A stretch of 63,893 nt of DNA, counting the filler, from Peribolospora baueri (lineage: Eukaryota), in assembly GCA_029717555.1 (NCBI GenBank). It is 3 parts of 3 records of this genome, joined end to end, with 100 filler letters (N's around TTAATTAATTAA, not from the genome) between each part and the next. Parts side by side here need not be neighbours in the genome. Positions count along the whole stretch, not along the records: positions 1 to 22,076 come from JAMDHS010000152.1; 2 more parts are not named here. One strand, given 5' to 3'. Both the position numbers and the translations under genes were made by a program. Positions 1 through 13,982 of this stretch are shown piece by piece. Position 1 is the stretch's first letter. Every line of letters starts with the position of its first letter. The notes below the pieces were generated by a model, which saw nothing but the letters and a program-made list of their open reading frames with translations, was not told where the DNA came from and ran no database searches.

Positions 1-70
<70 letters not shown>
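1..70. repeat. poly(A) homopolymer at contig edge
   Basis: 70 consecutive A. Similar homopolymers end contig 2 (22181-22221 A-run, ~44188-44229 T-run), consistent with assembly breaks. Confidence 0.95.
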
Positions 71-74
<4 letters not shown>

Positions 75-2218
75 ATACAATCCAGACTCAAGCAGCACCT
101 AGGCGAAAGCGAGCTGACCGCCCTCACCACCACCTCTCCCTTTGCTGGGCCAGCACTCCCACCGTCTGGCCGGTCGCCTTCGCCTTGTCGCCCGCCTTCA
201 CATCATACCCTTCCATTTGCCCTTGAGCTTCCGGGCTCCACACTCACCTCCTCGACCTTCCTGTAGACGCGTCCTGCAACTGAATGCACCATCTGGCCCT
301 TGTTTGCTCCGCTCTTGCCCTCGACACCACTGGGAGCGACGGAGCTCCTCTGGCAGCAGCAACCTCGTCTACTGCCTCGTCTACTTGCACCCCGAGCATT
401 CCGCGCTCCAGCTTGCTGTTCTTCTGGCAACGCCAAAGCCAGAGGCTAGCCCTCATGGCAGGGGAAGGCGAAGGAGTGAAGGAGAACGGAGGAGGAGAGA
501 TGGGCGAGGGGGCCCGATGGAGAGAGGCCAGAGGAGCAGGGCGAGAGAAAGACTTGGGAGTTGGTGCCCCAGGGAGAGCATTCAAAGTCAACCAATCCTG
601 GTCCGTAGGAACGACCTGGCCCGGCTTGTAGCTCTGGCTGTACCAGTTCGTGTCGCGGCTCGGGGAAACGGAAAGGAAGCGGGAAGTGCCTCGGTCGATG
701 GCTCATACGGACGCCAGGCCTCAGAGCAGACCTCAGAGCACCACTGGGACCAGGTCCAAGGGACGGGCATACTTCCACACGACGCGACACGATACGATAC
801 GATGCGACGCGGAGACGCGGGCGAGCCTAACACCCATTTCGGGACGTTCCATCGTTCCATCGTTTCCTCGTTCATTCGTTCGTTCGTTCGTTCTCTCCGC
901 CCGAGCGAATAGAGCCAGCGAGCGAGCGAGGGGATGGAGATGGAGATGGAGATGGTAGCGACGATAACGCACGTCCTCCGATGATGTGCGTGCCTGTCTA
1001 TTCTGTTCTGTTCTGTTCTATTCTGTTATGTCTTTCTGTCCGTCCGCTGGTCCGCTTGTCTCTTGTTTCTTGTCTGTTCGTCTGTTCGTTGTGTTCGTTG
1101 TGTTCGTTGGCCCCCGCCCTCCCGCCGGACGCTAGCTTAGGCTAGCTAGCCTCGTTGACCCATCCCTCACATGCGGACATTTGTTTGTCCGCCTGATACG
1201 GAGCTGCGGCGGCTTGCTTTACCACGATCGCCATCCGTCGATCGTAGGGTCGCGGTGGTGCTTCTTACTTGCTCACCGTGGTTCGTTCGTTCGTCTTTCC
1301 ATTTCCCTTCGCCTCCGCTCCGAAACATACATACGTCGCTTTGCCGTCGTCCGCGGCCATTTCGGAGGGGGCCGCGGCTAGCTCGACGACGGGCGGGCGG
1401 GTGGGGGGGCGTGCCATCGTGTCCGAGAATAGGTGCGGTGGCGCGCAAGAAGAAGAAGAAGAGGGAGCGCGACTTTGCCCTGACTGGCTGAGCGAGCCGT
1501 GGATGCCGACCGGGAGGGCAGGCGAGGAGGTGAACGGGTCATCACCGTCGTGTCATGAACGAATAGCGACGAGCGTCCGAGCCGGTCCGTCGTCGTTCGT
1601 CGGCGATCCTTCCTTCCTCCCCCGCCGACGATGGCGGGCCAACCGACGACCACCCGGGCTTCTTTTTATAGCCCGCTTCGCTTCCCTTCGCCGCTGAACT
1701 CTATCTCCTTCAATGAGATGCGGCGGGAGCGACGGACGCGGATGCATGTCTGGCCATGTCGCGGCGCTGTATCTATCCATTTATCTGTCTCTATCTATCT
1801 ATCTCTCTCTCTTAGTTCGCCCTCGCTGGCAAACACACCAGCCGATCGAATTTCGCGCACGCTTATGGCCGCTTCCACCGCCCGCCGCGCTCGGACGAAC
1901 GGGTCCTTGCATAGATGGGTGGTTCATGGTCGAATGGAAGGAAGGAGGATGGATGGCATTTGCTCAAGACGATGACGACGACAGCCGGCGTGGATGGACG
2001 ATGATGGACTGGCCGGACGGGCGGGCGATCGACGACGACCGGCTGCCGTCGCTGACCAAGCTGTCTCTCCGAGCGCTAGTATTTACTACTACTACTTTTT
2101 TACCACCACTCCTCCCTCCCTCGCCTCCTTTCCTCCTTCTCACCACCATCTCTTCCCAACAACCGCCGCCCACTCGCCCGTTCTCGCTCCTTCTTTCCGG
2201 TCCCCCGCCTCTAAACTT

Positions 2219-5200
2219 ATGGTTCAGCTTCTCCCTCCCCCCGCCCCTTCCATACGAACACACACAACAGACGCAGATGCTCGCCCCTTGAACCGCTCCC
2301 ATCGCCAGTCCATTTCCACTTCCACTTCCACCCCCCAACCCCAGCACCGCCAAACTCGTTGTTGGCCTTTCCTCTTGCTCACTCTCCTCCTGCTCGCCAT
2401 CGCCACCGCCCCCGGTCATTGGCTACGCCCCTTTGCCCACGCTTCCCCCGTCGCCCTTCTCGCCGCTCGCCCTCATGACTCCCGCGACGCTCACGCCTCC
2501 CCGGCGTCCCAGCTCGCCTACGTCGACGCCCGCGGCTACCGCTGGCTCCGCTCCGAGCACCCCTCCCCCGCCTATCCCGACCACCTCGACGTCTCCGCCG
2601 ATGACCTCCATCTCCACCGCCCCAGCCTCCGAGACAAGCCTTGCCTCCAGGGAGCTTCGGCCCGCGCCTCCTCGGACGACCTGGTTCGTTCCGCCCTGAC
2701 GGACACCGTGCTGGCCGAGGATAACAAAAATAAAAGCAGCAGCAGCACGATCGTACACGAGTTCGACCGCCGTCGTTCTTCCCCCGTCTTGGGCGTCAAC
2801 GTCCGCGACGCAGCTTCCACGCCCAAGAAGACAAAGCACGACGCAAAGTTTGTCGTCTTTGCCACGCTCATCCCCGTCCTTGTCCTGTTGAGCGGCATCT
2901 TTGCCGGTTAGTCTACCGCCGATTCGACTTTTCCGCTCCATCGTCGCCGCTCTGACCCCACTCTCCGCAGGTCTCACTCTCGGTCTTATGTCTCTCGACG
3001 AGACACAGCTCCAGGTTCTCGCCATCAGCGGTACGCCGAAGCAGAAGGAGGCGGCTAAGCGCATCATGCCTATCCGCAAGGACGGCCACTTGCTCCTCAC
3101 CACCCTTCTCGTCGCCAACATGATCGTCAACGAGGTCCGTACGGATCACCGCCTTCATTCACCCTCACTCCTCGCTCACCGGTCCTCTTCCCTCTTTTGC
3201 AGACCCTTCCCATCATCTCCGATCCCGTCCTCGGCGGAGGAGTGCAGTCGGTGGTCGTCTCCACCGTCCTCATCGTCATCTTTTCAGAGATCATCCCTCA
3301 AAGGTGAGACACCCCCAACGGCGCCCGTCGCTTCGGCACCCAGCTAGCGCGCCGCCCCATCTCATAACCCTCTTTTTATCGTCAGTGTCTGCTCTCGTTA
3401 CGGCCTCCAGATCGGTGCCTTCATGGCCTGGCCAGTCCGTATCCTCATCTGGACCCTCTTCATCATTTGCTGGCCCATCTCCCGTCTCCTCCACTTCGTC
3501 CTCGGTCCCCATCACGGTATAGTCTACCGTCGGGCCGAGCTCAAGGAACTCATCAACATGCATGCCGCCGTCAAGCAGCATGGCGGCGATCTGAAGCGAG
3601 ACACTGTCACCATCGTCGGTGGCGCCCTTGACCTGCAAGAAAAGGTCGTCGGCGATTGCATGACGTGAGCTGCGCGCTATGGCTTGCCCGCTTTTCACTC
3701 GAGCTCCCCGCTCACGCCGATCCGAAACCCTCCATTCCTACTCCTGCTCTTAGGCCGATCAAAGATGTCTTCATGTTGCCCATCACGGCCAAGCTCGACT
3801 ACGAGACGCTCGCCCGAGTCGTCCATTCCGGTCACTCCAGGGTCCCCGTGTAGTGAGTGTACGCTTTATGCTTTCGTCCCAGCCGCCCATCGTCCTCCGT
3901 CATTCGGGCGCATATAGCTGACCGACCCGATCGAGACGCGCGCATTCATCTCTTGTAGCGAGGAGGTCGAAGTGCCCGCCCATCCTGTCGCCGGCACCGT
4001 CTCGCCCACCGGCTCGCTCAGCAAGGGCCGTACCGGCCTCGGCTTCCGGTTCCCGTCCAACGCTTCCCTCTCTTCGGGAGGCGCCACTGCCAAGGGCTTT
4101 TCTGAGCTCGGTGCGACGATGAATGAGAACGCGGGCGCCGGACAGATGGTCAAGCGCAAGAAGATCATCGGTATCCTGTTGGCCAAGCAGTGCGTCCTGC
4201 TCGATCCCGAAGGCGAGTCGCATTTTCTCATCCCCATGTCCAGGGGTCGTCGATGCCGGCTCATCTCGCGCGCCTGTCTCCACCGCTTCCGTCATCTCAG
4301 ACGCCACGCCGCTCGCCGATATCCCCATCAACTCGGTCCCCTCGGTACCTAGCGACGAACCTTTGCTCAACGTCCTCAACACGTTCCAAGAGGGCAGGTC
4401 TCACATGGCCATCGGTGAGCGTCGTAACGGGATGTGTCATCCGCCCGTGTCTATAGAGAGCGGCCCTCATAATTTCGGCACTCCCTGCCCCCTCCCTCTC
4501 AGTCTCCCGTCGAGGACCTCGCCGAGAAGTGGTCGAGTCGATCACCGAACTCGGTTCAAACGCCAACTTGTTCAGGGTGAATTCCAACGTTTCCACCACC
4601 ACCACCGTCGCCGCGGCGTCCTCCGGCGGCAGCACTCAAGGTGCGAACGTCAAAGGCCACATCGGCGCTCGGATCCCAGACGCGATCGATGAGGAGAAAG
4701 GTGTGGGAAGCGGCAGCAGCGACAACGGCGACGAAGAGAAGAAGAGCGATAAGGACGTCAAGGCTGAGAAGAAGCGTCGCTTCCGCATTGGAGCTTTCCA
4801 TTTCGGAAATGGCGGGAATGAGCAGATGATGCCCCGGGACGCCACTTTGAACAAAGAAGGCGTGGCCAACGTTAGTTTCCATTCGTTCCTCGGCTTAAGC
4901 GGTCCGCATGTCGGTGCCGGCGCTGACACGCTTTCTTCTCGTACCTACAGTTCATGGAGGGCCTAGACGGCGCGCCGCTCGGCATCATCACGCTCGAAGA
5001 CGTACTCGAGGAACTCATCGGCGAGGAGATCTACGACGAGTGAGTGGGCTCGTGCCCCCCCCCCCCCCCTCCTTCCCTTCTGTGGCTGGCTCCGCTTGTT
5101 TTAGCCGAACGAGCCATTGATCGTTTCTGTTCCCATGCCACAGGTACGACGAACACGGGCAGCACCACAGCATCGCTGTTTCTCATCCAGTGCCGGGCGT

Positions 5201-6212
5201 CCCGCCTTCGCCGCCGCCTGCGAAAGAGGAGCCATTGTCGCCCGATCCCGAGACCCCGTCATCGGCTTCGCTCGCACCTCGTAACAGGAGTCTCGTCCCG
5301 CGTCGCCGCTTCGGATTGAGGCGCTCTAGGTCTGCTCCTGGCAGGCGCAAGAGCATGGACGCCGCTGGCGGAGTGACGGGCGTGGACACGCCTCCCAGAG
5401 ACTCTCCGCGCCCCAGACCCGCCACCCAGGAGCGCTCCTTAAGTCGAGGCGTCCTATCCAAGGACTTTGTCGTGCAGTACCGCCAGGATACCGACGGAGC
5501 CAAAGTAAGCACAGGCGCCGATACGGGTATAGGCGTAACGCTCGATACCGCAGCTGGCGATAACACCGTCGTCCATGAGCTGCCTTCTCGCCCTCACACG
5601 ACGGCCGGCCCCGAAGCCGGAGGTCCTCCAGGTCGCACTCAAGCCCCTGGCCACTTTGGCTCAGCGGGCGGCCCACTGCCGCGGTCAGGTAGCGCCGGCG
5701 GCCCGGGTTCACGCCCGGTCGTGGTGCGCACTACAGGTCCTGGCGGCACTTCGACGACGACGGTAGTGTCTGAGAGCTTTCTTCGCGGCCGTCGTCCTGG
5801 CACGCCAGGCGTGCTGCGAAACCTGGATTCGTCCATGGGCCCGTCCGCTTCTAGACCTTCGACGCCACAGCAGCCTGGCACGCCCACGGCGGACGGCGTA
5901 CCGACGGCGGCTAGGAACAGGTTCAAGAGCATTCCCGTGGCGGGAGCGGCTGTTCCATCTTCATCGTCGTCGGGCGCCAATGCTGCTGCTACTGGAGCGC
6001 TCGGCCAGAGTCCGCTGTCCGCCGCTCCTGCGACGATGCCTTCGTCGTCGGCGGCGTCTTTGGCGGACGACCCGGCGCGTCGTCCGACGACTAGCCCCGA
6101 GTCGATGGCGCACACGACGATGGTGACAGCGACGCACAAGATCGGCGCGGAACAGGAGCAATTGCAAGAGGAGGGAGAGGCGGGAGAAGGAGAGCGACGT
6201 ACGGACGATTGA
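2219..6212 (+). CDS. MAM3: CNNM/DUF21 + CBS-domain membrane protein (Mam3-like metal transporter), multi-exon
   Basis: Spliced exons give VLLSGIFAG|LTLGLMSLDETQL..HLLLTTLLVANMIVNE|TLPII..FSEIIPQ..GHSRVPV..FQEGRSHMAI..GIITLEDVLEELIGEEIYDE. Introns include 2907-2970, 3135-3202 and a GC-AG intron 4213-4300. Start codon uncertain. Confidence 0.88.
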
Positions 6213-7153
6213 TTGTCGATCGGCCCCAAACGGCCCGGAGGACGGAGCGCATCCGTCCAAGCATCCATCCGTCCGTCTAAGTGAGATCGTAGCACATACA
6301 TCCTATCAGACGCAACTAAATTCAAGTATCCCCCTGCTCGGTTCCCTTTATCCACTCCACCTCCCGTCTCCCCTCGCTACAGCCACAGTTTATTTTTCGT
6401 CATCTTTATCGGACATCGGTCATAGGTTATTACACTCTTAGCTTCATCGGTCGCCCCGTCTCTGTCCGTCTCTGTAGGCGTATTTCTCGACGGCCCGGCC
6501 TTGGCCGTGTTGTGTGAGGGAAAGAAGAGACCTGGTTGAGAGGAACGGCGATGAGAGCGATCTGATCGAATTGGTCATTGGAGAGGATGTTCGAGAGAGG
6601 ATGAGCGCTTAGCGTAGCGTCGCGACAGGGCTGACCACCAACCATCACAGTAGTGATACGAGAGCGTCCCAGGTGGAAATGACTCGAATGACCTCGGGCA
6701 AACAAACGGGCCTCACCTTTGTTCTTGGGCCCTCCTCCTCACTGACCTAACCTGACTCGGTGGCCACTCCCGTCGCCGTCGACCAACATGCTCTTTCTGT
6801 CTGCTTCGACGCTCCGTCGGCGTAGCGAATACGCAACGTGCGGCGGTCGTTGCCTGACAAGGACACAAAGGACAGACAAAGGGCGTGGGAAGAAACGGCT
6901 GTCCCATCCAAAGATCGCAGCCTGCTTCTTTTCGTTCACTCCGATCGCCGCCCAAGGCCAGGCCCGGGGGCCCGTGCTTCCTCCGGCATTCGTGTTAGCC
7001 GATCTCCCGTCTTCACGTCACGTGCAACTCCGCGGCCAACCATGGTCAACGACGATGGCTATCCGACGGCTTCCTTCCCAGCCATCATCTTCCTTCGTCA
7101 CCTCGTCCTCCACCGCCCTCCTTCTCGCACACGTAAACAATCTTTCGGCTACC

Positions 7154-9730
7154 ATGTTTTCGGCGGGCCTGCCAAACCGCCTCACAGCCCGCACCGTTCA
7201 GCTCACCGCCTCGCCATCTGCCGGCGCCGGCTTGAGAGCGGCGTCGAGTGGTAGCACGACAACTCGCGCGCGCTTCCTCTCCGCATCCGCATATTCTCTG
7301 TCCTCTTCCCCTTTCCTCCGATGTCCCTCCCTCGCCGCTGCTCAGAGTCGCCGCCGACCAGCTGTGCCGTCGTCGTCCATCCGAGCTCTAACGACCACTC
7401 CCACACGTTTCCGCGCCGCACCGGCGGAAGAGCCCTTCGACCTGTCCAAAGTGGAGAGGGTGGCCGATGAAGTAGACGTTTGTATCGTCGGCGCCGGGCC
7501 CGCCGGATTGAGCGCGGCTATTCGGATCAAGCAGCGTGCTCAGGAGGCGGGCAAGGAGATTCGAGTTGTCGTTTTGGAGAAAGGGGCCGAAGTGGGTGAG
7601 TGCCGGTCTCTGGCCACCGGACACCTTGTCAATCTCCCCTGTTCGTGACGCTAATGCTCATCCATGTGTGCCTTTGTGCCTTTTCACTCCTCCCCTTCAG
7701 GCTCTCACATTCTTTCAGGCGCAGTCATTGAGACCCGGGCGCTGGACGAACTCATTCCGAATTGGAAAGAGCTGGGCGCGCCGCTGAACCAGCCAGCGAC
7801 GCGCGACGCCATGCGCTTCCTCACCTCCACGTCCTCCTTCCCGATTCCTCACCCCCCGCAGATGACCAACAAAGGGAACTACATCATTTCCCTCTCCCGA
7901 TTTACTTCCTGGCTCGGCGAGCGCGCCGAAGAGCTAGGCGTCGAACTCTACCCCGGTTTCGCCGGCGCCAGCGTGCTCTGGAGGGAGGACGGCAAGGGCG
8001 TGCGGGGAATCGTGACGAACGACATCGGCCTCGACAAGGAGCGCCGGCCCAAGGATACCTTTGAGCCAGGCATGGAGTTCCATGCCCGACTGACGCTCTT
8101 CGCTGAAGGCGCCCACGGTTCGCTCACCAAGGAAGTGTCGAACAGGCTCGGTCTGCGCGAGGCGGCCGGGGCGGACCCGCAAACGTACGGGCTGGGGGTG
8201 AAGGAAGTCTGGAAAGTGAAAAAGGAAAAGCATGAACCCGGGCTCGTGGCCCATACGCTCGGCTGGCCGTTGAACATGGATACGTACGGGGGGAGCTGGA
8301 TGTATCACATGGAGGACGACATGGTCAGCATCGGCCTTGTCATCGGCCTCGATTACACCAACCCTTATCTTAGCCCCTTCAGGGAGTTCCAGGTGAGCGG
8401 TTGCTGGTGGGATCGATTGATCGTCCTCGTTCGTTATCCTAACCGAGGCTCGGCCCCCATCGTTTTCCCTCCCCAGCGGATGAAACACCATCCTTTCTTT
8501 GCTTCCGTCCTTGAAGGCGGCGAATGCCTGGCATACGGTGCCCGCGCCCTCAATGAAGGTGGCTACCAGTCGATCCCCAAGCTACACTTCCCCGGCGGTG
8601 CGCTCGTCGGCTGCGCCGCCGGGTTCCTCAACGTGCCCAAAATCAAGGGTACGCACAACGCCATGAAGAGCGGCATGCTCGCCGCCGACGCTGCCATTGA
8701 CCATTTCCTCGCCTCCGAAGACGCTTCCGCCGTCGGCGAGGGAGCGAGCTTGGACGAACTCGCGTCGGTGGACGGGACGGAGGGTATCGACCTGGCGTCG
8801 TACAAGGACAAGCTTGACGGGTCGTGGGTGATGGATGAGCTCAAGGAAGTTCGCAACCTCCGCCCTTCTTTCCACAACCCGCTCGGCCTCTACGGCGGCG
8901 TACTTTACTCCGGCATCGACTCCCTTCTCCTCAAGGGCCGCACGCCTTGGACGTTCCACCACAAGACTGAGGATTACGCGGCGACGAAGCGCGCGGCCGA
9001 GTGCCAGCCGATCGAGTATCCGGCTCCGGACGGCAAGCTCTCCTTTGACATCCTTACCAGTGTCTCCCGCACCAACACAAACCACGCCGAGAACCAGCCG
9101 GTGCACCTCGTCGTTAAGAACGGGGACTCTAAGCGACACACTGACGTCAACGTGGGCGAGTACGCGGGCCTTCTTGGGAGCGTTTGTCCCGCTGCCGTTT
9201 ATGAATATGTGGACAGCGAGGACGCCGGCGGCGTGGAGGATGCGAGGGGAAAGAAGTTTGTCATCAACAGCCAGGTGAGTGTCATTTGTCCTCCCGTCGG
9301 ATGCGAGATGCGATATCGTGGAGCGCGGCTCCTCTCGTTTTCTTTTTGCTCATCACAGTCCTACTTTTTTTTTTTGATCTTCTCCCGCGTCTCCTTTACT
9401 AGAACTGCATCCACGTAAGCGCTTGCACTTCTATCATCCCTACCTAAACCGTCTTTTGCCCTTTGTCTCACGACATTCCCGTCTCCCTCGTTCTACTTTT
9501 TGTTTTCTCTTCATATATCCGCTTTCTTCCCCCCAGTGCAAGACTTGCTCCATCAAGACGCCGACGCAGGACATCACTTGGACCGTTCCCGAGGGTGGCG
9601 GAGGCCCCAAGTACTGTAAGCGTCCTCCCAGCCCAACGTCCATTTCCCATCACTCAGTCTTCCCAAGCAAGCAAGCAAGCTGATCTGTTCCTCCTTTGTT
9701 TACTTCCTTCCCTTCCTAGCTCTGACCTGA
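7154..9730 (+). CDS. CIR2: electron transfer flavoprotein-ubiquinone oxidoreductase (ETFDH/CIR2), 6 exons
   Basis: Motifs [47 protein letters not shown] and 4Fe-4S CPAAVYE...NCIHCKTC. Exons 7154-7595, 7701-8392, 8477-9274, 9403-9414, 9537-9615, 9720-9730. Arg/Ser-rich presequence. Confidence 0.95.
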
Positions 9731-10121
9731 CCTCAATGGACGCTGCTGTTCCGTTGTCGGCATATTCGCTCGTCTACCTTGTATTGTACTCTCAGTCGTT
9801 TTCAGTGAGCGCCAGTTTCGCACATCGCATCAAATCTGAAGGCATCGTGAACGAAGGCGACGTCTCGTGATTGGCGTAGGCAGCCACAGAGGGACCTTCG
9901 TCATCTGCCGCACATGGGAACGAACATGGCAGCGAAAGATGTGGCGTTGCGGTAAACGCATTGTGCCCCGATAAGGACGTCAGGCGGAAGTCGGTGGTCA
10001 GGGGTACGGACGTGGACGTGGACGGCTGCGGCAAGACACTGACTGCTCTTGGGCCCACCACGTCCCCCGCCGTCATTCACCATTCATCACTGACAATTCA
10101 TTAACTGATCGTTAGCCTTTC

Positions 10122-12612
10122 ATGTTACGTCCCAAAAATTCAAAATCGGCCGCTCTACGCGGCATCGAGGAGCTCGCGGCGTCCTTCCTCGAGCGGCTCG
10201 CTGACGCCTTGGAGGACGAGTACGGCATGTTGAACATCTGGGACCACGACCATGGACGTCATCAGCCTTCCGAGAGTCTCGTGTCGGATATTCTCGACGA
10301 AGCGGATATGAACCAAACTACCGACAGGCGCATTTCTGTTCTTCTTCAAGGACGCCGTGTGATTGTTCGTCTTGCGAGGAGGGACGGCCAAGGCTCGTGA
10401 GTCTGGGAGAATGATGTCGACCTGCCCACCCACGCGAATGCGCTCAGGCAGAGCTTTTACGTCTCCTGGGCCATGCTCGCCCCTCATCTCTCCCCACAAC
10501 CATGCTGATTCATTATACTCCGTGGAACGATCGTTCTAGAGTGTTCGACGAGGTGACTTCCCAGGTAGCCCCCCGGCCTCGGTCGTACGAAATCGTGTAT
10601 CCCCGCAAGGATGGCTCTTCCACAAGGACCCTCGGTGGGCAAAGGAGCCACTTCAGGCCTGCCTTTCTTCTTGCTGCGGTGGTATGGGGGCGCTCTAATC
10701 CGTAACAACTTGTGATTCTTTCTCTCTATCCCTGGTGAACGGACTTTTTTTTTTTTTTTTTTTTCGCCACGTCCTCGTCGAACTCGACGCACACCTCACT
10801 CAGCCCAACTTTTTCAGGTCGTCCAGCTCGTCCACGAGGCGCTGCTCAGCAGCAGAGTGATCACGAAAAGGCGCGCACATAGGCCCCCCCGCGTTCCCTT
10901 CCCTCTCGTGCTGTCCATGTTACTAACGTTTCCGATTCAGTAGCTTCATCCTTACTGGCTGCCTTGGCGTGCATTACTGATGAGTTGATATGGTATGATC
11001 TCTTGGCGGCGTGACAGCAGGGACATTTTCTACCACGCTCCCAGCCTCTTCGGCGACCAGCGCGTAGTGGACAAGCTCGTCGACACGCTCGCCTGCACCC
11101 TGTCCCTCCGTCGCTCTGATCTCAACGTCTCCGCCTCCCCCAAAGGTCTCTGGGCCGGCCCTCTCGACGTCTTCCTCCTCCGTACTCGAAATGACAGTGA
11201 CGACGACGAAGGTACACTGAGAGGCGATGCGAGGACGGAGACGCTTGTTCCGGATGCGGAGGAGGTGAGGGATGTGGTGGGGAGAGAGGTGGAGTGGATG
11301 CTCGTGGTGGAGAAGGAGGCGACCTTCAAGGCTCTTTGTCAGAGCGGGCTGGCTGAAGGGAGAGAGATCGGCAAAGGTTTGATCATCACGGTAAGCAGGC
11401 GTTCTTCCCACTAATGGGATGAGACGTGACCGTTTTTTTTTTGGGTCTCATTAACGAGCTGTCCGATCCCTTCCGTTCGTCTTAACCAGGGAAAGGGATA
11501 CCCTGACGTGCATACACGGCGCTTCGTAAAAATGGTGGCCGACAGTCTAGGCGATAGGTGAACGACGCTCAGCGCGACGAGAGCGCAACTACCCGTCCTT
11601 AAGTTTGCTTCATTCTCTTCCTATCTCTCCAGCGTACCGGTGTTCGCCTTGGTAGATGCCGGTGACTATATGCTACTCGTTTTCCTGCTCATACCTCCCC
11701 TGTTTACGCCTTTATGCCTGACCATATTGTCCTCGCTTCTCTTTTTTTTTTTTTTTTTCGCAGACCCATTCGGTCTCGACATCCTAGCCACCTACCGCTA
11801 CGGAAGCGTCAGCCTTGCTCACGAGAACACCTCGCTCGCTGTGGGCCGGATGGAGTGGCTAGGCGTCAAGGGCACGGAGTGGGACTCGTGAGATTTCTCT
11901 CCCGTCCATTGCACTCTGTTCTGGTGACCTCGATGTCGATCTTGAAGGAGCGTGCGGGCTGGGTATAATCCTCTTCTGGTGGTGCGAACAGCCTCGACAT
12001 CGATCGGGACCTTCTACTCCCCTTGACCTGCTCAGACCGAAAGAAGGCCCTGTCGATGCTTAGCAAACCCGCTCGGATGCCCCTGGAGTGGAGGTCAGAA
12101 CCGAATTCGTCCCTTTCTTCCTTTCCGTGCTCCGCTTCCCTTTCGGCTCGCTCGCTCGCTGCCTTCACGCTCGTCGTGCTCACAAATCTCGTCTGCAACT
12201 CTACGTTCTCTTTACCGAACGAACGAAACGGATACCCAGGCGCGAGCTTTCGCACATGCTTCACCTCGGGCGCAAGGCGGAGATCCAAATCCTGAGCAGC
12301 GCCGTCAGCCCCACATCGTCGTCGTCGGCACCAGCGTCGTCACAGACGCCGTCGTCGCAACCGATCGGAGCCGAAAGGGGATCGGGGGAAAGGGAGGTGG
12401 GGGTGGGGGTGGTCGACGTAAATGCCGAGCAGACGCGAACTGCAATGCCAATGGCGTGCTTGGGAGCGGTTGGCTCGCCGGGAGAAGAGATGGACGTCGA
12501 CAGTGTGGAGGAAAGCGGGAGGGGTGATGGCAAGCGGGCCGGAAGGACGACTATCAGCGCACTGGAGGCGTACGTGATATCCAAAATCTGTGCACACCAG
12601 GCGTCTTCATGA
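10122..12612 (+). CDS. SPO11: meiotic topoisomerase VI-A-like transesterase Spo11, multi-exon
   Basis: TKR|DIFY (catalytic Tyr), RRSDLNVSASPKGL, VVEKEATF, T|GKGYPD, LVDA|DPFGLDILATY, KAEIQIL. Confidence 0.92.
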
Positions 12613-12915
12613 ATTTACCCCCCGGTACCCATACACCACAATGTGCGCCCGGGAAAAAGAGTGCCAACTGAACGAACATGATTGTTATTTTGAACGACGT
12701 CAGTGTGAGATTACATGCGTGACGATAGACCCTTATCACTAAGGAAATGAATAAAACAGTGGTCCCGAGCAAACGATCCGACTTCCCAAGACTCCCACAC
12801 AAACATACCGTAACCACGCGATCCTCGTCTTCGCTTGTGGTCTCCCCTCATGATGCTCAATATGGGCATTCCCCTCCAGCACCCAACCGACCTCCTCTGT
12901 CACGACTTTTGTGTC

Positions 12916-13982
12916 TTAGCCAGTCTCATCCCATTTTGTTTGCGGGTCGCTCTGGAACTTTTTGTACGCCTCCAAGTTGAAGAAGGATACTTCTGTTTCA
13001 TTTTCTGAGGAACACGTCGCGGTAGGAGGAGAAGGTGGAAAGCAAGCGAGACGTTCAAAAAAAATCGAAAAATTGGATATAAATTCGGGAAGGGGGAAGG
13101 AAGAAATAATGGCGACGTTAGAGAGACGCAGGCCAACAGCCCAAGTTGGAAAGCCTAGCACAGTTAGGCACGACTGACTCACCCATTCCAACCTGCTCGA
13201 GAGTCTTGTCCTTCTCGTTGAGGATCCAGTCGTCATGGTCAAGGTTAATGATGAGGTTCGTCGTCTGGTTGTTCACAAACGTATGGTGGCGGCAATAGAA
13301 AATAATTATGAACAAGTCCAACGCTGATCTTAGTACAAGGGCAGAACACCCCGTCTTACCTTGGCGCCGTGTGCTCGGGTGTACAGCTTGATCGTATCTA
13401 CCCGGGGGTCATAAGAAAAATTGCAATAAATTAAAGAAAAGAGGCGAAGCCAAAAAGTAGAGGTGTATACATGCAGGTTGGACGGATTATTCAGAGGTAT
13501 GACGAGGTGAACAACGGCGAGGAGTGTCCGCGAAGCTAGGACTCACCAAGGTTCGGAGCGTATGATCGGAAAGGCTTGAAGGCCGGCAAAGTAGCTACCT
13601 CTGTGATGCAAATTATGACGTATGGACAGGGTTAATACATGGTATAGATAACCCCAAGACGCTGCACAGAGGCGATGGGACTCTATTCCTTCTTGCCTCG
13701 GGCTGTGCGCACCACCGGAGTCGCTTATTGATCCAAGATACGAGCCCTGTATAACACCACCCACGTCTGCTCACCTTTCCGCACCCTATCCTCAAGCCCG
13801 CCGACAGTCTCTTTTGTCAAATCGACACCTTTGAGCACGAGCGCCTTCATGCTCCTGTATTCGAAGCTCTTGATCACGCGCACCGTGATCACGGCGTCGG
13901 TCTTGGGACGAACCTCATTGGTGAGCTCGGTGGAGAGGTCGTCGGACGGGCCGACAGGTTTGAAAGGGGCGAACTCGGGCAT
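12916..13982 (-). CDS. UPF0538 / C2orf76-like (DUF2340) ubiquitin-like protein, multi-exon
   Basis: VITVRVIKSFEYR..., DTIKLYTRAHGAK|TTNLIINLDHDDWIL..., ENETEVSFFNLEAY..KW across GT-AG introns. Confidence 0.85.

Noticed and set aside
71..1000. ORFs 142-912 (+) and overlapping minus-strand ORFs
   Set aside because: No recognisable domain and no consistent exon structure. A possible minus-strand donor near 247 is not enough to call a gene.
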